From Ostrea edulis (Eukaryota), in the NCBI RefSeq assembly GCF_947568905.1, contig NC_079165.1, positions 61,318,001-61,382,000 on the forward strand: DNA of 64,000 nt, in the 5' to 3' direction. Position 1 is the first letter of the stretch. The number at the start of each line of letters is the position of its first letter. The notes below the pieces were generated by a model. It made no database searches and had not been told where the DNA came from. It worked only from the letters and a program-made list of their open reading frames with translations. Below are positions 24,201 to 42,787 of this stretch, piece after piece. The position numbers and the translations under genes are program-made.

Positions 24201-25954
24201 TATTTCTTCAAAACCAGCCATCTCAAATGCACATTTAGATACAAATTCTTTCAGAATGATGATATCATGAAAAGATTATTTACATAAGTGCAGCCCAGTC
24301 GTTGAGAATTCAGAAGCACCCTGTCTGTAGGTCACAGCATCATCATGGTGTATGACTGGTGGCAATTGTCATACTTTTAGAATTACCTGTTCATCTCAAA
24401 TGAATTTCATAGGATGTGATCATATGGCCACTCCACTTCATATCCAAGTGAAGTTTTTAAATTGGTTATTCATTTCTTAATTATGATGCAAAACTAAGAG
24501 TATATACATGTATCAGGTGCATGTTGATATCAGCTTCACGTAGAGGATTTGGTTTATAAATAATTTATTCAATATAGAACAGGATTGGGCCACAGACTTT
24601 GAGCCTATAAATATAAAGAGGGTATTGTTGTTCATACGAACATTTACTTATATTTTTATTCATTGTTTTGTACACTGATAAAATGAATAGATGATATTAT
24701 AACATTCTGTTTTCTAGTATCCAGTTTTAGCATTATGAGTACATGAGGGTATGAAATATTGTAAATGTGATCCTTAATTTTTCAGTCTTGCACAGAAATG
24801 GTGGCTCCCAGTTGTTCCAATGGGAAAACCGACATGTTTGAAAAATCCGACTGGAACTTTAAATCATACTCTGAAGGCTGTCTAGAAACATGGAAAGTAA
24901 AACCAGACATTGACTGGTTGGAAACGCAGTACTGGGGCAAAAACCTATCATCTGCCTCCAACATAATATTCAGGTCAGTGACTGATGAATGTTAAGCTTG
25001 CTTACCTTTTTAACAGGCTTATTATTCTTTTTTTAAAACATGAAAATAGATCGATCAATCAATCATTCAGTTCATTTTAGCATGAATAATTTTTTTATTC
25101 AAAACAAAGTAGACTGGCTCAGGAAAGGTTTATGCTAAGAGTTTCAGCAGCGATACTTTTATTTACATGCATGTTATCAAGTATATGTATATGTATTTCA
25201 TTAGTTTTTATTTTCATGTTTTATTTTTAATATATTAATGTTATTATGTATGCCCCATGTAATTGGGGATTCAGAGGCATATAGTTTTTGGTCTGTCTGT
25301 CCGTCTTTTTGTCTGCAAAGACTTTAACCTTAGCCATAACGGTTGAATGTATGGTGATAAAGCTTTTATATTCATATATATATTCCTTTCTTTTCATGCC
25401 AGAATTTCTGACCTCATGATCTTGACTTTGGAATTTGGCCATACATGAGCAGGAGTGTTTCACAAACACATCTTGTATTAATATGTATTTTTTATATCAC
25501 AAAGTATATATAAGGAGCATAGGGACATTAACTGAGGCTCTTACTTGTAGGATTATGTATAAAATTGTACAGTAATGAATTTCAGAAACTGAAAAGAGAA
25601 AAATATTCAATATATTTGGAAGAGAGTGAATTGAACATCAATAAAACTAATGAATGACTTGATCATGTCTAACACAATATTAGAATTTGTGCCATAAGCT
25701 GTATATCACTATAGAGATGTCCAAATTATAATCTTAAAAGTGTGATCTGTTGATTTTTTTTTTTTAGCAATGGTCTGTTGGATCCTTGGTCCTCAGGAGG
25801 AGTGCTGAAAACTCAGTCTGACTCAGTTGTTGCAGTAGTGATACCTAATGGTGCTCACCATCTTGATTTAAGAGGCGCAAATAAAAAAGATACACCTGAT
25901 GTAATTTCTGCACGAGAATTGGAAAAGAAATACATAACCAAATGGTTAAACTGA
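18245..25954 (+). CDS. PRCP: Lysosomal Pro-X carboxypeptidase (peptidase S28), about 486 aa
   Basis: Exons 18245-18412, 19484-19624, 20130-20231, 20808-20989, 21149-21306, 22233(or 22236)-22405, 23612-23773, 24786-24973, 25768-25954; all GT-AG and in frame. Signal peptide; [25 protein letters not shown] (Ser), SNGLLDPW (Asp), GAHHLDLR (His). Confidence 0.96.
18455..18772. mobile_element. TTAA-flanked non-autonomous element (Kolobok-like) carrying a tRNA-like Pol III unit
   Basis: TTAA|GG...CC|TTAA with imperfect TIRs. Internal A box tagctcagtagg (about 18564), B box ggttcgattcc (about 18608), then TTTTT. Confidence 0.65.
18838..19045 (+). mobile_element. Helentron-associated (HINE-type) repeat fragment
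   Basis: ttttatgccccc start, gtctgtc microrepeat, aaactttaaccttg..gtgaccttggccttggagtttgacc core. Related copy at 25245-25440. Confidence 0.6.
19067..19238. mobile_element. Small MITE-like element with an internal perfect 14-bp palindrome
   Basis: agtgatcaag / cttgattcact inverted ends; tacctacgtagcta-ctta-tagctacgtaggta at 19097-19128. Confidence 0.45.
20461..20596. repeat. 48-bp tandem repeat x2.8 in PRCP intron 3
   Basis: acatgtatttatttcatatcgcaagggg.. units start at 20461, 20509 and 20557. Confidence 0.9.
21452..21909. mobile_element. hAT-type MITE
   Basis: TIRs taggactgaaacgat / atcatttcaacccta; perfect 8-bp TSD atttgtaa on both sides. Confidence 0.85.
22955..23021. other. Near-perfect 27-bp-stem hairpin in PRCP intron 6
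   Basis: cgatccgctcctctttcttcatcttgt - 13-nt loop - acaagatgaagaaagaggagcagatcg, one mismatch. Confidence 0.9.
25245..25440 (+). mobile_element. HINE-type repeat fragment
   Basis: tatgcccc..ggcatatagtttttggtctgtctgtcc..actttaacctt; similar to 18838-19045. Confidence 0.55.
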
Positions 25955-26409
25955 CCACCAAAAAAACTCAATTGTATCAAATGCATTTAAGAGTTGTCTA
26001 CCTTATACATGTAGTATAAGCTACTTAATATTGTAAATTTCTAGTCTTTTAAGTTCACCTATGCTTTTCTTTATATATTAAGCTCATCTGTCAGAGCCGA
26101 AAGCTCAAGTGTGCTTTTTTGATAACATTTTGTTTGGCGTATGTCCATCTGTAAACTTTTAACATTTATGACTTCTTTTCCAGAACTACAGGGGCAATTT
26201 CAACCAAACTTGCCATACATGATCATTGGGTAAAGGGAATTTATAATTGTTCAAATGAAGGGTTACACTCTTTTTAAAAGGGAGATAATTAAGAAATAGT
26301 AAAAATATTGTAGCATCTTTGTAACCACTGGACCAGAAAAGACAAAACTTATATGAAAGCTTTCTTTATGAATGTTGTTTGTTGTTGTCGGTTCCTTTTT
26401 ATTTCCTTG

Positions 26410-26850
26410 CAGAATTACGGGTATTGTCCACATTAATGGGCCCCTTTCCAGGTATCTGGCTTGCTGCACGCATGGCAGATCTCACCTCAGATCTCCATTC
26501 TTTCTGGCCTGGAGGTTATAAAACTTTTATCGTACTCATACTCAAACTCAGCCATTTTTGTTTTGGGTATAACTCTGAGCAAGCTTTGAAACATACTCGA
26601 AAAATCTTGAGCATGTACTCCATTTGAGTGTGAGAATGATTTTATAAAAGTTTTATAACCTTCGCTTTTGAGTATGTGTACAATTTAGAGAACATAGTTT
26701 GAGTCTGAGTATGAGAATGTGTTAAAAAAGTTTTATAACCTCCAGGCCTGGTCTTGAGGGTCGGCAGTAGAGAGCTTCCATTCTCTACGATCTTTCTCCG
26801 TCAGCTCTCTCCAAGATAGCATTGGCCGACCAACTCTATGTCTCCCAGGA
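26410..26850 (-). mobile_element. RTE-type LINE 3' remnant split by a MITE
   Basis: Minus-strand translation GRPMLSWRELTEKDRREWKLSTADPQD (right of the MITE) continues as KEWRSEVRSAMRAASQIPGKGP (left of it). Confidence 0.6.
26506..26748. mobile_element. MITE with 23-bp perfect TIR ggcctggaggttataaaactttt
   Basis: TIRs read directly; TSD not resolved. Confidence 0.85.
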
Positions 26851-29800
26851 ACTTGTATGTTTAGATAATCAAAATTGTTCAGATCATGGCCCTTGGGGGT
26901 AGGGTTGGGCCACATTAGGGGATCAAATTTTAACATTCAAGTTTCAAGTTTGTTCAAATCATGGCCTCAAAGGATGAGATGGAGCCACAATAGGGGGACA
27001 ATATTTTATATTGGAATATAATTATATAGGGAAAGATCTTTAAAAATCTTTTTCTCTAGAGCAAAGGGCCATGATTTGTCATATTGATGTCCAAGCATCC
27101 ACAGATCGTGCAGATTCAAGTTTGTTTAAATCATGGCCCTGGACTTTAGGATAGGGCTTCAATGGGGAATCAAAGTTTAACATGGGGATAAATGGGGAAA
27201 ATCCTTTCAAGTTGGTAGTGGGTCATCATGTATACAGATTGTGTATTATGAAGTACCAATTCCTTGTCATTGAAATGTTGTTTTGCTGATCACCTGACAT
27301 TCATTACTCTTAATCAGCCATTGGACAGGAAATTTTTCCATCTGAATCCTCTCCCACCTATGAAAAAGGAACTTAAGATATATCTGCTATTCAGATGAGC
27401 TGGTTAGATTTGACTGATGAATTGTTCAAATTTAGTGTTTGCGAAAAGTATGCTTGTCCTGCTCATAAATCTGACAATGCCAATATTTTATTAATAAAGA
27501 CTTAAGAAATGTAAGTGATTTACAGCATGCATGGGAGTCTGTTATTAATAGAAATTTTTAACTCTTAATCAATCCATGGTCTCTGGACTGAATTTTATGG
27601 TATGCATGTTGTGGTGTCCTGATTGCATGATTCTACAGTTGTTTTCATTCATGTGCACAGGGAGGATTTAAACTTGTACCAGAATTTTATCGAAAATTAT
27701 GCCTCCATGGAAAATAGATTTTTTTAGTAAGAAAGTACACATACAATCATGATTCCAGCAACTGTGGCATTTTATTTGCCTAGACAAAATTGATGTCTTC
27801 TCTAGAGCTATTCCATGGTTCATGTGGGGGAAAAAAGTTTCTTTTGTCATAAATGATCGTCAGACTTCATAAAAATTTGAAGATGGCTTTATGCCCAATC
27901 TGTATATCAAAAATAATCCTCCGGATGCCTGGTAGATGTTCTGCTACATAAAATGTTAATGAATCTCTGGTACTCAGGTGAGCTATTTGGCCCGCTGACC
28001 TGAATTATGAAATGTGTGTTGATTTGAAACTGCTCATGCAATATATTTTATTGAAACAAAGAACTTACACATCATGTATGCTTTTTGATAAAAAGATCTT
28101 ACTTTACTGTTTTTGTCCACTTAAACTATCTGGTCTATGGATAATAAAAAATGGTTTTGATTTATAGTATGTACATGTATGTATATTTACATATTGGCTG
28201 TGATGTTGTTTATAGTAAAACTCTGTATTTTTGTACATTTTTTATTCAAAATGATCTATTAATACATGTACATTCCCCAAAACAGTACTGCAGCAATGAA
28301 TATATACAGTAGTATATAGATAAGCATAATGCAGAGAGTTCGGTTGTACTGTTTAGTGTTCTTGAAAGAACAGTACAGATATTTGATAGTGCATGTATTT
28401 AAAAAAGTCTCAGAATTCAATGTTCGAAATGAATGTTAATTTTTAACAATTTTACAAGGATTTATGTGCAACTTTAAACATGATTATGCTGAAAATAAAT
28501 TTGAACACATCATCCATTGTGGAGTCCTGTATAAAGTGGTCAAAGAAAGAAGTAGCAGTATATCTCTTATCAATTTTGACAAATTCCAGAACTTGTGTGA
28601 TTTTCTTTGACATATGGTCAGACCACAGGCAGAAACAAGTGGAGAAATCTCTCAAATGTATCTAGGAGGATTGTCCTAAAAATTCATAAACATTAAATTT
28701 TAACACAGTATCAAGAGTTATCTGAGGAAGCTTTGCATTGGGAGAAAATGGGTAGTTCTTGTTGGTTATATCTATTATTTAGGCAATGTATTTTAAGTAA
28801 CCAGGGACAAAATGTTTGAAATGTATGGTGCCGAAAGGGTTCAGGAAGCATCACATTTTATTACATTGTGGTGTATTGGGAGTGATTTTCTTATAAAAGC
28901 ACTGAAATGGTTGAAAAAAATACAGAACATCATTTAATGTATCGAAAGAGCATATTGAGTAACTGTCACATTTCAAGATGTTTTCCATGCAAGTCATTAA
29001 CGTAATTTTAATTTCAGGAAGGGGGCGGGGTATATAAATGAGTAAGTAAACCACACAATAGTAGGTTATTCTACTGTGCATTGTTTATCACAAGGTTAAA
29101 AGATAGGTCGTGCAAAAGAGCCATTCTGAAATGACATTAATGATTCCACAGAACATCTGCACTTTCTAAATTTAGTATTCCTGAAAGAATCCTTCATTGA
29201 ATATATACATGTATGATAACTGGGATATTTTAAAATTATGATAATGGACTCCGTTTTATGAAATGTCACGGTGAATTGTTTGATGCAGACATTTTAAGTT
29301 TTTTACAGCATCCACAAGATGTCTTGCAAGTTCGTACATTTTGTTACCAACAGAGTGAGACCATGCAGATACAATGTACATCGACAGTTCATTTTGACAT
29401 ATTATCAAAGTTTTTTTATTAAGAAGCAATGAAACATAAGAGAGGGATTAATATAAGCCTATTGACTCATTTCGCAATCCTTGTCTCGTATTTGCATTTT
29501 ATGATATTATGTTTACATGAAGAATGAATAAAATATTGTTTAAACTAAGATTAGTAATGTACAGTGTACTTTAAAAAAGGACGGGAACATCCTCATTAAG
29601 AATGTTTAAAAGATTCATATGTTTACAGGTCAGTGTTTAACTGTTGTACTAGGTTTTTCTATACAGGTCAGTGTTTAAAAGATTCATGTTTACCTTCTTC
29701 TAATGATGTGTGATATGGCAATTATAGCCTCTTTTGCTCCATTTCACACTACTGTAATTGGTTATACTTCACTAGTATATCGTTACTGTATTATATATAA

Positions 29801-31922
29801 CTGTACTATACCAATTAGATGTTTCTCAAGGTTTCAATAAACTAAACTAATCTATTGATAAAACCAATTCCATGTTTGAAAACTTTCAAAATTTTGTACG
29901 TTACTGATTTTGAAATTTCCATTGTGATTAAATAAACCCAATTCATTTTATCACATCAAATATATACACTCCAGAAACTTGCTTGTCCAAAACATATTTT
30001 GGACAAGACACGCGTCTTGTATATATATAGAGAGAGATATGGTGTAAGGAATATCCTTGCTAACTCTCAGCCTGCCTAGATAAATATGGCTCCAGTGCTT
30101 GGACTCGGAACCAAAGAAACAACAGGGTTGTTGTTCTGATGCCATAAACCTTTCTCTCTCTCTGTCAAGGCTCCCTAAAATCATAGCATTATCAAATGTT
30201 ATTTCTTTTTGTTCAGAGTCTAAAGGAATCCCCCCAATCTTGTTACATCCAATTGTATACTTGCTGAATTGCAGGAGCAAATCAGGATCTAATTGTTTAG
30301 ATTGAAATCCATTCTAAAAGTTCCTGGATTCACTCATTGGCAATGACAGGATTTCTTTCAAAACTAAGTAGTTCCACCCTCATGTGACATCATAAGATTT
30401 TGCAAAATCAATGATTTATTTCAAGTTATGCATGATAGGAACATAATTTTGTTGAAATCTTTTCCAATAGTTATTGTGAAAACTCTTGTTGAACATAAAA
30501 TATTTCAAGTCTAAGTTATATATTAATAATCAATGATGTTTCAAAATATCGCATGAAATTCAATTTAAGACCTGGACAGAGGCAAGCAGGATAGCAGAAC
30601 AAAGGATAGAATGAAGAGGAAATTGAAATGGAGAGGCCCTATTCTCCACGGAGAAAAGGAAATATTGAATCCAAGGGCAATAACTCTGTTTCATTGAACT
30701 CTATCCAGTCCATTATGCGATAGATTTCATGTATTTTTCAGACATTTTGTACATTTTTGTAAAGAAAAAGTTTTATGAATACTATATCATTATGGAACCA
30801 TTTTATGTTGTTTGTTTTTTTTTTTTTGGTTGTTGAAATTTTGACAATGCTGTTTAAAGGAAAACTAATTTTCTGACATCGATATAAGATTCTGTTTTAA
30901 ATACATGTACTGATGTACGTCTTGCATTTTAAAAGTGCGATGACTCATAGTTTTTATTTGATAATCTATTAGTTTTAACTCTTACTAATGAATTGAAATA
31001 AATACACTTTCTATACTTTTATTCTCCATTTTCAGTGAAATTCAAAATTTGGGCTTTTTTCATACTCATGCCAACACACCCACCAAACAGAAATTGCACA
31101 GATGCACGCCTCTGAAGCTGTGTGACCTACAGTATATTTCAGGAAGACAGTGCCATAATATTGAATATTCCCCTTTTAGGAAATTTTGTGCCAGAAGGAA
31201 ATCTCCAATTTTCATCAAGTGGGTATTTATAGTAAATTGTCCTAGCTTTGAAAGTACAGATATGAAGTTTCAGTGACTCAAACTTGCAGCAATAAAGCAT
31301 AGTTATGCTAGATTTAGCTGTCAGAATCAATTCTTTTCATTTATTTTTGACCGATTCTGACATTTTTTTTATTGCAGAATGAACAACCCACAACAAAGGA
31401 TATTTATTTGTTTATTTACATTACATTGTACATTGATCTGAAACGAGGTTACTTATATAAAATTGTATCATTTTTAAAATACCTGAACACAAAATGAAAT
31501 ACAGGGTATCTGTGGTTCACTCCACACACTTTTTAAAAAAAATTTCATTTATATAAACAAAATAAATCACATACTGTATTTGAAAAAAATCCTTTAATAT
31601 TGCTGATTCCTGAAACGGGAATCCTATTACATATACAAATGTGACTTTTCATCACTAACCAATCAAAATAAACAAGACATAATATACATTGTATTACATG
31701 TATATAAATTGTGTCCAAGTTCAGCCTTACATGTATCTTAATATCAAAGGCAAGGTACGCAGCAATGCCAGGAAAGAAACAAATTAACATTCATGATGTT
31801 TAAAATATTGATGCTGATCTTCCAGTTGAAAAATATTTCTTGAACTTTGATAGACTTTGCTGTTCCATTATGAACATAACCGAGAAATGACTATAAATAA
31901 ATGACCTAGATTATACAGCTAT

Positions 31923-37709
<5,787 letters not shown>

Positions 37710-37893
37710 GTTTTCAGTCAATCGGTGGATAGAACCGGTGACACGCAATACCGGAAGTAAAAGAATTCCCAACCCACCATTATTACATGCGCCACCTACC
37801 GAGGAAATCCTATCTTATTTATAAAGCAAATGATCATGTGACTTGACAGAGATAGAGGAGATCCTCTTATCACATTTCGAACTTTTAAAGGCA
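37710..37893. promoter_or_regulatory. Bidirectional promoter UFM1 / secreted-protein gene
   Basis: Divergent ATGs 184 bp apart; ETS-type ccggaagt at 37751-37758; tcatgtga at about 37834. Confidence 0.55.
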
Positions 37894-38077
37894 ATGGAGT
37901 TAAACAGATTACTACTTGTGTTTACTTTATGTTTAATTTCAAGGACCCTTGCTTTTGAAACTAAAAAACTATCTCAACCCCTCCAAAAAGACATTTTAAC
38001 TCTAAAATCAGAGGAACCAGTACGGATACCCAGTGAAACCAGAATCCGACAAGCAGACGAAGAGGAGGGTGAATATG
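37894..38077 (+). CDS. First exon of a secreted protein (signal peptide plus acidic pro-region); downstream exons unresolved
   Basis: MELNRLLLVFTLCLISRTLA-FETKK..RQADEEEGEY G|gtatgt, phase-1 donor. Compatible with phase-1 exons at 38920, 40860-40895, 42788-42853 and 43527. Confidence 0.65.
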
Positions 38078-41000
38078 GTATGTATACTTTGTCACTTACT
38101 AAGGAGGGCGCTTATTTTATCTAATCTACAATGGAAAAGAAGCTATGACTATTCTCCAATTTTTATCAATTATCATTATTTTTTTAATGCCAGGACATGG
38201 ATTGTCTATATAGAATATTTTCATATTATATAATGTTCTTTAAAAAGTCATTAAAATATGACAAATCGAATAAATTTATGTGAATGAAATAGAATATATT
38301 GAAGGAAAACCTTATAGTTAATATGATGTGAAAATCAGGTAGTTTATAAACATTTCTTAAAAACAGGAAATGTAGGCCTACTAAATATTAAATTTATCAG
38401 ATCGTTTTCTATGCATGTAGAAAATCATAATCTAGGGATTTAATAGACTAGTACAGTTTCATGCGTAAATATTTTTTCTGCAACTGATACTTTGAGAAGG
38501 TGTTCAATTAAATAAATATTATAGATATACTTCACGTTGTTTCACTGATTGTAAACTTTCTAATATATAGTGTGCACGCACTGACTATTTACACAATATC
38601 AGAACTCAAAAGTTGGTGTAAGCCGGAGACATTCGTACTTGCACGTTTAATCTATTGCACTGCTGATAGCGGTTCGACTCACTGGGTCAAGGGGTATCTA
38701 AATCTTTGATAGGTTATATACATTGTAATGATATAGTTTTCTGTGTTTTTTCTTTACCCTAATTAAGCACCTCTTCCCTGAATGTGCTGAGAAACTCCTA
38801 CACTGAAAATTGCTTTGTCACTATTCCTAAGCATTTCGATCCAACATTCAATATGTAAATCTAGACAAAGGGGGGAAATAGAAAGCACGTTAATTAGCTT
38901 TAGTATCGTCAATTCACAGGCGACGATTTGAGACATCTCTTATTTTTCCTGAAGTATTCTGTTGCCAATTCTTTCCCATTAAATGTCAAAATAAATAAGT
39001 TGAAAGGAAGAATGTTTTTGGGTAGCACTTATTACGGATGCGCTGTGGGTCTAGGCCTGAGAAGTGCTGGGTCATGTCGAGGTTTTTTGGGCTCTGTCGT
39101 TGTGATGCCGTACCTGGAGCCTGCTGCCTCCATTTACGACAGAACGGGTATCGAATTGCGGGTCTATTGTTCCGGCTAACCCTTGCGGACTTTGCCATTC
39201 ACAAAACTAAATTACATTTACACATTAGATGGATGTGCATACGATATATTGCATTAATCAATTAAAATGATATTATTCAAAGAAATTACAATAACTTGGA
39301 TATAAACAATCGATTTCCTTGCTGTATTTCCGTTTACTTTTTAAAGGTGTAATTGTCCATAAAGAATTTAGTTTTTGGCCAAACTGAATATTTCTGCGTA
39401 TTTAGTTCCTAATAAGCTTATCACACCAGATGCTGCTTTCTCACGATATCGTACAATAGTAATTGTCCTTGTGAGAGTGGGTCCTATTAAAATGACAGAA
39501 GTGGACAAAAAGTTCTAGACATTTTAAGGACACTGTCCCCAGATCCAAGATCTAGATTCGGAGGGTTTTGTTCTCAATAAGTATTCTATAAATATTAATG
39601 TCAAGTTTACTGCCTTGAAAATATGTTTTGAAATATATTGAAATCTTTGTTTTCATTCAAATTATCGTCAATATTATATGTTGTCGTTAATGCCAAATTT
39701 ACGCTCTTGAAAACAAATTTTGAAATATATAGAAAATCGGATTTTCGACTGAGCTACTAAACATAAAAATACTTTTAATTCCACTAAAACGTTAATAAAC
39801 TCCCCAAGGTATGGTTATTTTAAAATCTTTACAAGGAAAGTAAATATGATTGATTCCACTGACATATGGGTGGTATTACCTTTCATTAATTATTTAAACT
39901 TCTCACACTTCAGAAATTCTTAAACACATAATTTGCTTTACGACAAAGTAACATGCAAGACTTGTAATAGAAAGACTTTGACAGAATAATGGATTAAGGG
40001 CGATTTATATGCTTCATTTGGACGGACAGACGGGAGACGCACTTTCTCTCTGGTCTCCATTTTCTAATGAAAGCCGCGGGAAGTCCATTCATAGAACGAA
40101 ATATGTGGAGTAGAAATGCATGAATTAGAGCTTTTATTGTGCTTTCTGTTAACATGCAGATTCAACGAAGGCGTCCATGAGAGTGTCATAGTTTACAAGT
40201 GTTAAAAGAAACAGCCGGATGAAGATGTCAAAATATTCATCCCTCTACAAATATTATTACAAATGATTTAGATTTAAATAACCGTGAACAATATTCTATC
40301 TTTCTGCAAAGTTATATGAATACGTCCTGAAGCTTCTTCAATTAGTTCAAGTGATCCTGTCCATAACTAAAGTGTAAAAATCATTAATTGGAATCCGTCA
40401 CAGAGATGAATGGGGTATAAATCGAGAGCCCCGTCCCCATCGCAGAGTGTGTGCACAGCCCGCTCGTGTCGCCTGCTCGCTGCATGGTAACACAGGATAT
40501 CGTTATTCGCCCATTGTTTTCCTGTAGATAAATAAACATATTGAATTAGAAAGCTAATATTTTGTTTGTTAAGCAAAAATCGTCCGTCTGAAGAGGCACG
40601 ATCGCGGTACCACTACCCAACTGTCGCGATGAAAAGAGACGACCGTCACCCACAGACCTGGGAAACAATGTATTGCTTACGCCGTACCAGCTTTAGATGT
40701 GTTATTAATGAGATTAGAGCGATAGTGTATCGAATTAACAAGTTTCTCAACTTGTAACATCTCCAAACAGCGATTACCCCAGATCTTGTCAGTGATTGGG
40801 CTTATTTACGAGGCAACTATTATGCTGTTTGAATTTTAATTTATGCATGTCGATATCAGAGGGTGATTCGCAACTTAATAACACTTTAAAGCATGGTATG
40901 ATTGTTTGAGGTTATAACTATAACAAGTGTGTGAATTATCTTTAAGAATTGATCTCGCTTTGAGATACTAGAAGACCGAAGACTGTCCAAAAACCATCTG

Positions 41001-42023
41001 CACACTTTGATTGTAAATTTATGGAATATAGTTTACACTGCATGTGCAATGTGCTGTATGGTTGCATGTATTATGTTGAATATCTGCAAGAAGAATCCAG
41101 ATTTATATTCTCGTGTAGTATAATTGTCCGCATGTATTGAAAAGTCTGTGGGAGGAATTCATAAAACGAAACTCGCGTTATTGATCTTAAATTGCATTCT
41201 TTTTTAATTGCATTCTCTTTTATTCTTATTTGAATATATAATATATCAGTCATTACACATTAGTTTGTCCGGAAGCATATTCAATGGTAACATAAATGTA
41301 TAAATTACATTCTAAAAAAAATTCCCACATCTTGGATATTACAAGATCTGCATACCTCAAAGGGAATTTTTATATGCAAAGTATCTCTTTCGTTTCATTC
41401 CACAAATTTTTATTATCAAATTATGCAAATTAAAACTCGATTATGATCTGATATTTCACCTCTTAAAATTTAAAGCTCACAAAATATATATACCAGCACT
41501 TGATGCCCCATTATTTACAGTCTTATCTGTTTTAACATAAACAGTATACGTGTATGGTGTAAACAAAATGAAATATGCGTGTATTTTTGTGGGATTTAAT
41601 TTTTATTCAAAGACATTCAACTTTCATGCAAATATTTCTTATTCTCACCATGTGCATATATAGCGTTGAGAAGTATATGTACATGTATGACATTTGTTGC
41701 AATAAATAAATGAATCAATAATAGCTACTAATTAAAAAAACCAACAACAACAACGAAAATTTTGAATTGTATACATTTTAATCGCGGGGGGTGTTTGTCT
41801 TCCTGCTCGTGTTAGCGCTATCGACGAACTCTGAACTGATAGCAACTCAATGAGATTTCGATCTCCCAACTAACTTGTGTAATAAACTAAACGACATTTA
41901 TTCGATAGATAAATGAATACATGTAACCTTTATGTGACCAGGGGAAGTCATGGTTCAAAATCTATCTATATAAAGAAAACCCACCCGAAAACCATTTACA
42001 GAATAATGCAATGACTTCTACAG

Positions 42024-42541
42024 ATATGCAGTGAGACGATTTAATTTCTTCCCACCGTCCATTGTGCATTACCACTAGAACGAGTCGTGTAATGGGCCAA
42101 ACATAATAGTTCGAATATGATCCCGGATGTCACTTTGTTGGAACATGGGAAAGTAATTGTGTTCCAGTTTTGGGCCCCTTTCATCGTGAGACAATATGAG
42201 ACCATATTGCAAGGATGTCCAGTTGCCATAAAAGTGAATATATTCAGACTGCAAGCTTTAATATCAAATTCATTGAATTTAGCAAAGTCATTCCATACAG
42301 AGTGACGTGCAAAGAAAATCAAACTTCCACTTGTGCATGGCGTACTTAGCTGCGCTTTTGCATGGATATATAATACCGAGGGAACCAACTACGACTTTGG
42401 TCAAAGCGTATCTGTTTTACGTGGAATCCTGGTACTATCTAAACGGAAAAGATGTTCTCCAATGCTTAGGTGTACCGAACCCACACTCGTGCGGCTTATG
42501 GGTGCATGTTAACCAACGGACGGATTCCAACTGCGCTTCTC
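42024..42541 (+). pseudogene. Dead sushi-A and sushi-B exons (cassette copy 1)
   Basis: Alignable to 47401-47904. Cys to TGA, Trp to TAA/TGA, frameshifts, and the sushi-B acceptor mutated to cttccac. Confidence 0.85.
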
Positions 42542-42787
42542 GTACGTGATACAAGTTACTAATCTTGAAGAGCAGTTGTAAAAACTCTTTTTAAAAATTC
42601 TACAGCCTTTAAAGCTTCACTTTGCCAAACTGCAGCATCATGTCAATCTCCCATCACATGCACTTGTATTTCTGATCGTCCATTTTTTAAACATCTGTAG
42701 AATACAGTATCAAAATGGTGCCAGAAAATATGTGTATTCAGAGAAAAGATTTTAACATCTGATGTGACTTATATTATCTGCTTTCAG

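Larger units (their letters stand above)
26085..27210 (+). mobile_element. Helentron-type non-autonomous element with Cg170-like satellite units, interrupted by nested insertions
   Basis: aagctca..gaaagctcaagtg head, tttcaaccaaacttg..ttgttcaaatgaaggg units and atcatggccc units. A possible terminus ctcaggtgagc..tggccc lies near 27975. Confidence 0.6.

Noticed and set aside
28452-30305. Several 60-109 aa ORFs between PRCP and UFM1
   Set aside because: No homology or splice support recognised; probably UTR or intergenic.
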